NCBI GenBank assembly: GCA_963664225.1
Contig: OY760937.1
Location: 640,001-704,000, forward strand
Direction: 5' to 3'
DNA length: 64,000 bases
From: Verrucomicrobiia bacterium
Lineage (GTDB): Bacteria; Verrucomicrobiota; Verrucomicrobiia; Limisphaerales; UBA1319
This document shows positions 10,197-19,006 of the stretch, piece by piece (position 1 is the first letter of the stretch; every line of letters starts with the position of its first letter). The notes under the pieces are model-generated. The model made no database searches and had not been told where the DNA came from. It saw only the letters and a list, made by a program, of their open reading frames with translations. Position numbers and translations under genes: made by a program.

Positions 10197-10981
10197 ACGG
10201 CGCGGTCATGGAGAATTCAGCCTGGCCGGGGAGTCGCTGGGTCTGGCTGTTGGTTTTGCTGGCGGGCCTGCAAGTGTTCTTGATCTGGGAATATTCAGAA
10301 CAGGCCGAGCCACCCAGGGAGCGAATTGCGCGACCGGCGGTGTCGAGTCTTGTTTTCAATGCGCAATCCAACGCCGCATCGGTCGCGTGGCTTGCGTTGG
10401 GCGATCCCACCATTTTTTCACTGGCCAATCCCAATAATTTTTCGGGGCGCGCCTGGCTCAACGGTCAATCCATGGCGCATCCGTGGAAGGATTGGGTGGA
10501 GACGCATGGGGGACAAAAGTTGAATCCAGCGGATTTGGGGCAGACATTCGTTCGTGGTTTTGGAAACCGAACGGAAGTGTCCGGGGTGATGGTTGAAAAA
10601 CCTGAAGCGGCGCTGGCGGTTTTGATGGTCAATGGCGGCCCCATAACAACACAATCCGTAATGCGGATCGAAGGAGATCTGGCAAGACTCAAGCTTGAAA
10701 AAGCGGCCGATTTACCCGGATGGACCAATGCGGAAACGCTGGCTCCAACCACGGTGGAAATGGGGGTGGGATCCGATGGTTTGCCGTTCTCGGTGCGATT
10801 GATGGAGCGCTGTGGATTGGCGGCGGCGGATCAGTATGCCGTGAACGCGGCGCGCGGTTTGCGGTTTGCGGCCCAGAGCTTGAATCTTGAGCCAAGTCCG
10901 GATCTGACATGGGGGCGCGCGGTGTTTCAATGGCAGACCTTGATGGTGGCCGCCACCAATAGCGCGGCTGCAAATCGTTGA
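10193..10981 (+). CDS. Membrane-anchored protein with a TonB C-terminal-like domain
   Basis: N-terminal TM; C-terminal 'VGSDGLPFSVRLMERCGLAAADQYAVNAARGLRF' resembles TonB_C; coupled to exbD by an ATGA overlap. Confidence 0.6.
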   Translation: MNGAVMENSAWPGSRWVWLLVLLAGLQVFLIWEYSEQAEPPRERIARPAVSSLVFNAQSNAASVAWLALGDPTIFSLANPNNFSGRAWLNGQSMAHPWKDWVETHGGQKLNPADLGQTFVRGFGNRTEVSGVMVEKPEAALAVLMVNGGPITTQSVMRIEGDLARLKLEKAADLPGWTNAETLAPTTVEMGVGSDGLPFSVRLMERCGLAAADQYAVNAARGLRFAAQSLNLEPSPDLTWGRAVFQWQTLMVAATNSAAANR

Positions 10982-11024
10982 CTCGCATGAATCTGAGAGA
11001 ATCATTCATCTGGACCAGTATGCG

Positions 11025-11273
11025 ATGGGATGGCAAGGGGGTGGTTTGTTGACGCCGGACGCGCTCATTTTCGGCTTCGCGGTTTCGATGCTTGCGGCGC
11101 TTTCGATCGTTGCCCTATATTCAGAACTGCGTCGCAAGCGCTTCGAATCGCCGCCCAGCGCGGACCGGATTTTCCGATGCGAGAAGTGCGCGTTTGTCTA
11201 TACGGATGACGCGGATGTGGAGCGTTCGCGGTGTCCACAGTGCGGGTGTTCGAACCGTTATATCGTGTTTTAG
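11025..11273 (+). CDS. Small membrane-anchored zinc-ribbon protein
   Basis: N-terminal hydrophobic helix, then CEKC...CPQC; start uncertain. Confidence 0.65.
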   Translation: MGWQGGGLLTPDALIFGFAVSMLAALSIVALYSELRRKRFESPPSADRIFRCEKCAFVYTDDADVERSRCPQCGCSNRYIVF

Positions 11274-11390
11274 CGCCACGGTGGACGACGGTTCGCAGAG
11301 CCGTCCGTTTAAATTTACCGATCCAATCATCAGACACAAAGCGTGGTCAGGAGCCGACTTCCAGCCGCGCATTTTTTATCAGGAAACATC

Positions 11391-12062
11391 ATGAAAGAAT
11401 TTTTCATAGCCACACGCAACCAGCACAAGGCGCAGGAAATCATGGCGGTGCTTGGAGGTGAATTCGGATGCCGGACGTTGCGGGATTGCGCGTCCGCACC
11501 GGAGGTGGAGGAGGATGCGGACAGCTTTGCGGGGAACGCGCGGAAGAAGGCGGCGGCGCTGGCGTCCTGGCTGGAGAAGAATCCGCGGGCGGCAGATCGC
11601 AAGGGCGGCAAGGGTGGCAGGGGATTGGCGGAGGTTTATGTGCTGGCGGACGATTCGGGATTGGAAGTCGATGTGTTGAATGGCGCTCCGGGGGTGTATT
11701 CCGCGCGTTTTGCGGCCATGGACTCGGGTGCGAAAGGTAATTCGACGGATGCGGAGAATAACGCCAAGCTGCTGCGTTTGCTGGCCACAGTGCCTGCGGA
11801 AAAGCGCACGGCCCGGTTTCGATGTGTCATGGTGCTGATCCGCTTGGGCCAGCGAGAGACGGGTCCTGTGGTGTTCGATGGCGTGTGCGAGGGGATGATC
11901 GGTTTTGAACCACGCGGGAAGGGGGGCTTTGGTTACGATCCGCTATTCATGCCGGTGGGGCATGCGGTTTCCTTTGCGGAGCTGGGCGCGGAAGTGAAGA
12001 ACACGATGAGCCATCGGGCCAAGGCGTTGGAGAAGCTCAAACAGTATCTGGCGGGCATTTGA
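11391..12062 (+). CDS. rdgB: Non-canonical purine NTP pyrophosphatase (XTP/dITP diphosphatase)
   Basis: ATRNQHK, ADDSGLEVD, PGVYSAR, GFGYDPLF and SHR motifs. Confidence 0.93.
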   Translation: MKEFFIATRNQHKAQEIMAVLGGEFGCRTLRDCASAPEVEEDADSFAGNARKKAAALASWLEKNPRAADRKGGKGGRGLAEVYVLADDSGLEVDVLNGAPGVYSARFAAMDSGAKGNSTDAENNAKLLRLLATVPAEKRTARFRCVMVLIRLGQRETGPVVFDGVCEGMIGFEPRGKGGFGYDPLFMPVGHAVSFAELGAEVKNTMSHRAKALEKLKQYLAGI

Positions 12063-12147
12063 AAAATGGGTGGTTGGCGCGCTCGTGGGACGGTGCGGGT
12101 TTCGAGGGCTTTGACAGGGTGCGGACACCCGTTAGATTGGCAGGGCA

Positions 12148-15117
12148 ATGCGTAATGACCATCAGGCCGGGATCATCCGATTATGCGGGGTGCGGCAAAA
12201 TAATTTGAAGAACTTCGATCTGGATCTGCCGAAGAACCAGTTGATCGTGGTGACGGGATTGAGCGGATCGGGGAAAAGTTCGCTCGCATTCGAAACGCTC
12301 TTTGCGGAAGGGCAGCGCCGGTATATCGAGACTTTTTCGCCGTATGCGCGCCAGTTTTTCGACCGCATGGACAAGCCCCAAGTGGACCGCATCGAGGGCA
12401 TACCGCCGGCCATCGCCGTGGAGCAGCGCAACACCGTGCGCACCACGCGGTCCACGGTCGGCACCATGACAGAGGTCTGCGATTACATGAAGGCGGTGTG
12501 GCCGCATGTGGCGGTGCTGCATTGCCGGGGTTGCGGGAAGACGGTGCGCAAGGATACACCGGCTGGAATCTGGGAGGGATTGCAGACGACGGCGGGGGTC
12601 GGTGCGGAGGCGCTGATCACCTTTTCCGTGAAGCTGTCCGAAAAACTGAGCCTGTCCGAATCCCTCGTGCTGATTGCCAGGCAGGGTTATTCGCGGCTGT
12701 TTGCCAACGGAAGCGCGGTGCGGATCGAGGAGGCGGAGGCGTTTTTCAAAGATACCGAGATTCATGAATTGACGGTGCTTCAGGACCGGATCCGGCTCGA
12801 ATCCAGGAACCGGGCGCGTTTTGCCGAGGCCTGCGAGCAGGCGTTTCATTTCGGCAAGGGGCAGGTGGGAATTTTCTGCACGACGGTGGAGAATGGGGCT
12901 GCCAATGGGCAGAAAGATTTGAAGCCAATGCGGTTTTCGAACCGGCTGCATTGCGCGGAATGCGACCTGGCTTATGCGGAGCCGACCCCAGCGCTTTTCA
13001 CTTTTAATCACCCCGTGGGGGCCTGCCCGGCGTGCCACGGGTTTGGGCGAATCATCACCATCGATTACCGCAAAGCCCTGCCGGACCGATCGCTGACACT
13101 GGCGCAAGGAGCAGTGAAGCCGTGGCAAACGGGAGTTTCCGCGGAATGCCAGGAGGACTTGCTCAAATATTGCAGCAAGCGAAAAGTGAAGACGGATGTG
13201 CCGTTTGAAAAGCTGCCCAAGGCGCATCAGGATTGGGTGATTGAGGGGGATGCGGATTACGGGACGGACCCGCAGCACGAATGGCCGCACGCCTGGTATG
13301 GGGTGAAAGGATTCTTCCGTTATCTTGAGAAGAAGTCCTACAAAATGCATGTGCGCGTATTGTTGTCGCGTTACCGCACCTATACAACGTGTCCAGACTG
13401 CGGGGGAAAACGCTTTCAACCTGAGACATTGCTGTATCGCGTGCCCGGGCCCGAACCGATCTCCCTGGCGGATTTTTATCAAAAACCGGCTGCGGATGCC
13501 CTGGTTTACATGGAGAAACTGGCAATCCGAAAGAAATTCAAAAGCACGGACACGATCGGTCTGGCATTGACCGAGGTGGAATCGCGTTTGCGATATCTGG
13601 TGGAGGCGGGCCTGGGCTACATCACATTGGATCGGCCCATGCGATCGCTTTCCGGCGGAGAGACGGAGCGTGTGAACCTGACGACCTGCCTGGGAACGCG
13701 CTTGGTGCAGACACTGTTTGTGCTGGATGAGCCCAGCGTGGGACTCCATTGGCGGGACACGGAACGGCTGGTTCATATCCTGGAAACTTTAAGGGATACG
13801 GGGAACACCGTCGTGGTGGTGGAGCATGAGGCCACGGTCATGCGGGCGGCGGATCAGATCGTCGATCTGGGGCCGGGATCGGGCGAGCAGGGGGGACACA
13901 TTGTTTTTCAGGGGAATTATGGTGAGTTATTAAAATCCACGGAATCGCTGACGGGGCATTATTTAAGCGGGCGGAGGAGTGTGGAAATTCCGGCGCGCCG
14001 CCCGGTGAAGAGAAAGCAGGGCGACTGGATCGTGCTACGTCACGCCTGTCTGCATAACCTGAAAGATCTGACATTTGAATTGCCGTTGGGCCGCCTCGTC
14101 TGCCTGAGCGGAGTGAGTGGCTCGGGCAAGACCACGATCATTCGCGAAGTGCTCATGCCGGTGCTGGAGCAGAAGTTCACTTCCAAGCCGGAGGAACCGG
14201 ACGAGGAGGCGAATGGCGGAGACGATGCGGTTGAATCCCAGCAGACCCAGTCGATCGAGATTGAGGGATGGGAGGCATTGGGGCGGGTGTTGCTGGTCGA
14301 GCAATCGCCTTTGGGAAAGACGCCGAGGTCTAATCCGGCGGTTTACTCCGGCGCATTCGACGACCTGCGCGAGTTGTTTTCACAGAGTGAAATGGCGCGC
14401 CAACGGGGCATGAACGCCAGCGCATTCAGTTTCAACTCGGCCCAGGGACAATGCGAGCGATGCCGGGGCGCGGGGTATGAAAAAATCGAGATGCAGTTCC
14501 TGAGCGATGTGTTTGTCCGCTGCCCTGAATGCAATGGACGGCGCTACCGCCCGCATATTCTCGAGGTGACGATTTCCAATGGAGAGAAGTCCTGGAGCAT
14601 TGCGGACCTGCTCGAGGCAACGGTGGACGACGTGGTGCGATTTCTGACCAGCCGACCCGACGACAAATTTGCCGTGCGCGCCCGGGAGCGGCTAAAGCTG
14701 TTGCAGGAAGTGGGCCTCGGTTACTTGCGTTTGGGCCAACCGATCAACACGTTATCGGGTGGAGAAAGCCAGCGGATGAAATTGGTCCGCCACCTGGCCG
14801 AATTTGGGGCAGGGGCCGCCCAAGGGGATAAACCGGCGTTGTTCCTTTTCGACGAACCGACCACGGGGCTGCACTTCGAAGATGTGCGCGTGTTGTTAAA
14901 AGTCTTTCAGCGGATTGTGGACGGCGGACATTCAGTCCTGGTCATAGAGCACAATTTGGATGTGATCAAGTCGGCGGATTGGGTGATCGATCTGGGGCCT
15001 GAAGGGGGCGAGCAGGGCGGTCGCATTGTTGTTGCTGGAACACCGGAGACCATCGCGGCTTGCGAGGCCAGCCACACGGGGCGGGCGTTGAAAACCACAG
15101 AGCAAATCCGGCCCTGA
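12148..15117 (+). CDS. uvrA: Excinuclease ABC subunit A family protein
   Basis: Two ABC cassettes (GLSGSGKS, GVSGSGKT; LSGGE twice; DEP twice) plus CxxC zinc fingers; TTGACA promoter at 12111. Confidence 0.92.
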   Translation: MRNDHQAGIIRLCGVRQNNLKNFDLDLPKNQLIVVTGLSGSGKSSLAFETLFAEGQRRYIETFSPYARQFFDRMDKPQVDRIEGIPPAIAVEQRNTVRTTRSTVGTMTEVCDYMKAVWPHVAVLHCRGCGKTVRKDTPAGIWEGLQTTAGVGAEALITFSVKLSEKLSLSESLVLIARQGYSRLFANGSAVRIEEAEAFFKDTEIHELTVLQDRIRLESRNRARFAEACEQAFHFGKGQVGIFCTTVENGAANGQKDLKPMRFSNRLHCAECDLAYAEPTPALFTFNHPVGACPACHGFGRIITIDYRKALPDRSLTLAQGAVKPWQTGVSAECQEDLLKYCSKRKVKTDVPFEKLPKAHQDWVIEGDADYGTDPQHEWPHAWYGVKGFFRYLEKKSYKMHVRVLLSRYRTYTTCPDCGGKRFQPETLLYRVPGPEPISLADFYQKPAADALVYMEKLAIRKKFKSTDTIGLALTEVESRLRYLVEAGLGYITLDRPMRSLSGGETERVNLTTCLGTRLVQTLFVLDEPSVGLHWRDTERLVHILETLRDTGNTVVVVEHEATVMRAADQIVDLGPGSGEQGGHIVFQGNYGELLKSTESLTGHYLSGRRSVEIPARRPVKRKQGDWIVLRHACLHNLKDLTFELPLGRLVCLSGVSGSGKTTIIREVLMPVLEQKFTSKPEEPDEEANGGDDAVESQQTQSIEIEGWEALGRVLLVEQSPLGKTPRSNPAVYSGAFDDLRELFSQSEMARQRGMNASAFSFNSAQGQCERCRGAGYEKIEMQFLSDVFVRCPECNGRRYRPHILEVTISNGEKSWSIADLLEATVDDVVRFLTSRPDDKFAVRARERLKLLQEVGLGYLRLGQPINTLSGGESQRMKLVRHLAEFGAGAAQGDKPALFLFDEPTTGLHFEDVRVLLKVFQRIVDGGHSVLVIEHNLDVIKSADWVIDLGPEGGEQGGRIVVAGTPETIAACEASHTGRALKTTEQIRP

Positions 15118-15210
15118 AACGGGCCTGTTTTGCGATTTTCAGGAATTCTCCAATGCCACGGGCACCGGACAAAATTAATCGGTGAAAGGGCAAGGACCCA
15201 ATATTATTGA

Positions 15211-15256
15211 ACCTCCTCTCCCCAGGCCCTCTCCTCCATGGGCATGGAGGAGAGGG
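15211..15256. repeat. REP-like palindrome
   Basis: CCCTCTCCTCCATG-GG-CATGGAGGAGAGGG perfect 14-bp inverted repeat preceded by CCTCCTCTCCCCAGG; related element at 37547-37595. Confidence 0.6.
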
Positions 15257-15451
15257 TGAATACCGGACCCTCAATTCCATGGCCTGACTGTGTTCAGTCG
15301 GCCTGTATACCTCCATGTCGTTTTAAAGCCTTTTTCGGCATGCTGAAGAATTTTGTCATGCACGCCATGGCCACACATACCTGCACCCGCGCCTCGACGG
15401 CGGGCCGTTCGTCCACTACTTTAATTGTGATTGAAGGTTTGGGTTCAAAGC

Positions 15452-17245
15452 ATGGAACGCATCTGGAACGCAATGGCCAATTTCATCAAGGGTCATTGGC
15501 GTCTGGCGCTGCCCTGGCGGGAGCGCCTGAAGATCAGCGAGGAGGCGATTCATCTCCTTCTGGCGGGGGTTGTCGGCGTGATTGGCGGGTTTGTAAATCT
15601 GGGATTTCATCTGGCCAATGAGGCCATCGAGGCGTTGCTCTTCCATCGTCCGGGCGAACTGGCGTCTGTAGCGGCATCCCTGCCGTGGTGGGGCCGCCTG
15701 CTGGTGCCGTGCGCGGGCGGACTTCTGGCCGGCCTGATTTTGTATTGGGGCCTGCGCATGCTCAACAACACGGGTCCGACCAACCTGCTGGAGGTGGTGG
15801 TGGCCGGGGATGGCCGCCTGCCTTTTCGCTCAGGCATGGTCAAAGGCATTTCCTCCCTTGTGAGCATTTGCTCAGGCGGATCGATCGGCCGCGAAGGTCT
15901 CATCGTTCAACTGTCGGCCACGCTGGCTTCCAAATGGGGCCAACTCGCCCACTGGCAGCCCTACCGTTTGCGACTTCTCGTGGGGTGTGGAGCAGCCTCC
16001 GGAATGGCCGCCGCCTACAATGCTCCCGTGGCGGGCGCGGTATTCGCAGCCCAGATCGTCATGGGCAGCTTCTCCATGCATCTCTTCGCGCCCCTGGTGT
16101 TTTCCGCAGTCGTCGCCTCCATGGTCTCCCGTTCCTTCTTCGGGATTGAACCCTGGTATCAGGCGCCCGAATTTATCTTTACCAGCCTGCGTGAACTGCC
16201 CTGGTTCATTCTACTGGGAATACTTTCGGGATTCGCCGGGGCGGGCTTCTTGAAATTGCTGCGCACCAGCAGCGCGTTGTTCCGCAAGCTGCCGGCTCCG
16301 CTCTATATCCGTCTGGCCCTGGGCGGCCTGATCACCGGCGCCATTGCCATTCTCTATCCCGAAGTCTGGGGGAATGGTTATGAGGCAACCAATCGCATCC
16401 TGCATTCGACACTGCCTTTGACCTTTATCATTGGCCTGCTTTTCGCAAAAACCCTGGCCACTCTATCGACCGTTGGCTCGGGCGCGGTGGGCGGCGTTTT
16501 TACCCCCACTCTTTTTGTGGGAGCCACGCTTGGATGCGTCTTTGGAACCTTGCTCCACCTGGCGGGCCTGGCCCTGAACCTCCCCACGGGCGTCTTTGCG
16601 CTGGTGGGCATGGGGTGTGTGCTGGCCGCGACGGTGCATTCTCCACTGCTGGCCATGATCATGGTTTTTGAATTATCCATGAATTACACCTTCATGCCCC
16701 CGCTCATGATCGCCTGCGTCCTATCCTCCCTCATCGCCCGGAACCTCCACCCGGCCTCCATTTACACGGAGCCTCTCCGGCTTAAGGGATTGCAGGTGGC
16801 GGCGGAACGGGCCGAGCCAGCCTCCGCTTTGGAGAAAACGGTGGGCGACCTGATGCGTGAGAGTGTGCGCCCCGTGCGCGTCAACGCCCCCTTCTCGGAA
16901 ATAACGGATCGGTTTCTCACCAGTTCGAATAATTACCTGCCCGTGGTCAATCCCCAGGGTCGATTGGTTGGCATTGTGGCCCTGCACGATCTAAAAGCCC
17001 ATCTCAACGAAGGCGGAGACCTGGCGCTGGTCATCGCCTACGACCTGATGCGTCCTCCGCCGGCCACACTGACCCCAACCCAGCGGCTCATCGATGTGCT
17101 GCCTGTGGTTCTGGCCAGCGATCTCCACAACATCCCCGTCGTCAGCAGCAACATCGAAGGCCGCCTTGTTGGGGCCATCGTTCGCGCCGAGGCCCTGGGC
17201 GTACTTTCAGAGGCGCTGGCCGCGCGCAATCCCGAGTCGAACTGA
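15452..17245 (+). CDS. ClC family chloride channel/transporter with C-terminal CBS pair
   Basis: GGSIGREG, AAYNAPVAG, GAVGGVFTP and IY motifs; two CBS domains. Confidence 0.92.
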   Translation: MERIWNAMANFIKGHWRLALPWRERLKISEEAIHLLLAGVVGVIGGFVNLGFHLANEAIEALLFHRPGELASVAASLPWWGRLLVPCAGGLLAGLILYWGLRMLNNTGPTNLLEVVVAGDGRLPFRSGMVKGISSLVSICSGGSIGREGLIVQLSATLASKWGQLAHWQPYRLRLLVGCGAASGMAAAYNAPVAGAVFAAQIVMGSFSMHLFAPLVFSAVVASMVSRSFFGIEPWYQAPEFIFTSLRELPWFILLGILSGFAGAGFLKLLRTSSALFRKLPAPLYIRLALGGLITGAIAILYPEVWGNGYEATNRILHSTLPLTFIIGLLFAKTLATLSTVGSGAVGGVFTPTLFVGATLGCVFGTLLHLAGLALNLPTGVFALVGMGCVLAATVHSPLLAMIMVFELSMNYTFMPPLMIACVLSSLIARNLHPASIYTEPLRLKGLQVAAERAEPASALEKTVGDLMRESVRPVRVNAPFSEITDRFLTSSNNYLPVVNPQGRLVGIVALHDLKAHLNEGGDLALVIAYDLMRPPPATLTPTQRLIDVLPVVLASDLHNIPVVSSNIEGRLVGAIVRAEALGVLSEALAARNPESN

Positions 17246-17388
17246 ACTTTTTTCCCGGCGAATTCCGGTCTCCATTGAGCGCCCCCATTCGCGGAATTCC
17301 TTGCCTGAACGCGTGCCCTGGTCGTAAGTTACCAAAAGCATGAATTGATCTGGATCTGGCCATTATCTGGAGAAACACATGACAGGTT

Positions 17389-18048
17389 ATGAGTAAACCG
17401 CGCATTTTGATCGTGGAAGACGATGATCTCCAGTACGAGATTTACGAGGAGGCATTGTCGGATTACGAACTGACTCGCGCCAAGACGGGAACCGAGGCCC
17501 TGGCGCAACTGGCCAAGGGACTCCCACACATCATCGTCCTGGACCATATTCTGTCCGACGGCGAACTGGGCCTGGATTTCCTGCCCGAACTAAAGGAAGC
17601 ACTGCCGTTTGTACCGATAATCATCGTCTCCGGCGCACTTGAAGTGCATGAGCAAATGAGCGCGCTGCAGGGACCACGCCGCGCGCACTACTGCATCACC
17701 AAGCCCGTCGATGTCGAGGAATTGAAGCGCACGCTTGCCGTGGCCCTCAAGGAATGCGGTGAGACCGAGGTGGTCCGCCGTTTCGAGGCGCTCGAGCGCT
17801 CCAAACGGATCGACATCGAGGCGCTCCTGAGCCGTTCCACGGATCGGCTGGCCCGCCAGAACCAAATCTTCGAGCAGGTCAAAGACGCCCCCGGCCGACC
17901 TAATGTATCCGCTTTGGCGCGCCAGTTTCGCGTGGCGCGCCGGACCATTATTCGCGATCTGCAGGAATTAATACGCAGAGGTCAGCTTTCGCCCGAAAAA
18001 TTCCCCAAATGGGAGGAGGAGGCCGAATGCGGGGAAGATATTTCATGA
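17389..18048 (+). CDS. Response regulator (REC plus C-terminal HTH)
   Basis: ILIVEDD, VLD phosphoacceptor and TKP; C-terminal 'VSALARQFRVARRTIIRDLQEL' DeoR/HTH_11-like motif. Confidence 0.88.
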   Translation: MSKPRILIVEDDDLQYEIYEEALSDYELTRAKTGTEALAQLAKGLPHIIVLDHILSDGELGLDFLPELKEALPFVPIIIVSGALEVHEQMSALQGPRRAHYCITKPVDVEELKRTLAVALKECGETEVVRRFEALERSKRIDIEALLSRSTDRLARQNQIFEQVKDAPGRPNVSALARQFRVARRTIIRDLQELIRRGQLSPEKFPKWEEEAECGEDIS

Positions 18049-18923
18049 AATTATTATTCATTCACGCGCATTTCGACGATTACGAATTCACCGCTGCAGG
18101 CGCCTTTGAAATCTGGCGTCAAAGTCTGGGCGAAGCCTGCCAGACCAAGGTCGTTGTCTGCACCGATGGCGAAAGCGGACACCAATTCCGCACAAGAGAA
18201 GAAACCGGCCGTTTGCGTCTGAAAGAACAACTGGCCTCCGCAGGTGTCGGCGGTTACGGTTTTGAGCTTCTGCGCCTGCCCAACGGACGCGCCCCAAGGG
18301 AAGCCTGTCTGGAACGCACTCCCAGTCTTCTGCCCGCCCTGTGGAAGACCATCCGCGATTTCGAGCCGGATTACCTCTTTTGTCCGCCGCTGGCTCCCGA
18401 TCCGCTGGCCGGCGTCCACATCGACCATCTCGCCGTTGCGGAAGCCATCCGCAAGGTCGCCTATCTGATCAACGTGCCCCACTGCTTTACCCCGGAATAT
18501 CCAGCCGAGGAAACGCGATCCGAACCGTGCAAAGTGCCCGTCATCATCAACGTTCACGACAGCTACATGGCCCCCGGGGCATTCGACTTTGCCATGGATG
18601 TCGAATCCACGTTTGCCAAAATCGCTGAAATGTCCTACTGCCACAAATCTCAGATTATGGAATGGCTTCCATGGGTCGGCCGCCACTCCATGAATCCCCC
18701 AAAATCCATCGAAGACTGGCGGGAGATTCTGCGTAAACGTTACCTGCGCAAGAACGCCGCGCTGGGAATTCCGAGCGACCACGCATTGGAAGTCTTCACC
18801 GTCACCGCGTGGGGTGAGGTCCCCACCAGCCGTCAATTATTGGCCGACCTGCCACAGATCATGCCCGATCCCAAACGCCTGGCCACCCTGGAAAAGCGCC
18901 TGGAACTCTGGCGCAGCGCCTGA
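18045..18923 (+). CDS. PIG-L/LmbE family deacetylase
   Basis: IHAHFDD, CTDGESG, HIDH and HKSQ motifs; ATGA overlap with the response regulator. Confidence 0.88.
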   Translation: MKLLFIHAHFDDYEFTAAGAFEIWRQSLGEACQTKVVVCTDGESGHQFRTREETGRLRLKEQLASAGVGGYGFELLRLPNGRAPREACLERTPSLLPALWKTIRDFEPDYLFCPPLAPDPLAGVHIDHLAVAEAIRKVAYLINVPHCFTPEYPAEETRSEPCKVPVIINVHDSYMAPGAFDFAMDVESTFAKIAEMSYCHKSQIMEWLPWVGRHSMNPPKSIEDWREILRKRYLRKNAALGIPSDHALEVFTVTAWGEVPTSRQLLADLPQIMPDPKRLATLEKRLELWRSA

Positions 18924-19006
18924 AATGCCACCGTATTCCGCGCGGCGTAGCGCGGATTTTTCTGCTTTTGCAGCGGCTCCATCCGGTGCATAGTTCTAAT
19001 TAAGGC

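Noticed and set aside
5068..13776. Long antisense ORFs (e.g. 5068-6732, 12181-13776; likewise 38249-39427, 50206-51306, 54108-55268)
   Set aside because: They fully overlap well-supported genes on the opposite strand and have Arg/His/Gln-rich shadow composition.
15118..15451. Fluoride riboswitch / CLC-F fluoride exporter
   Set aside because: No GGCGATGG..GTTCGCC / GCTGATGAC core seen, and the protein lacks the CLC-F GNNLI, GREGT and GEVTP motifs.
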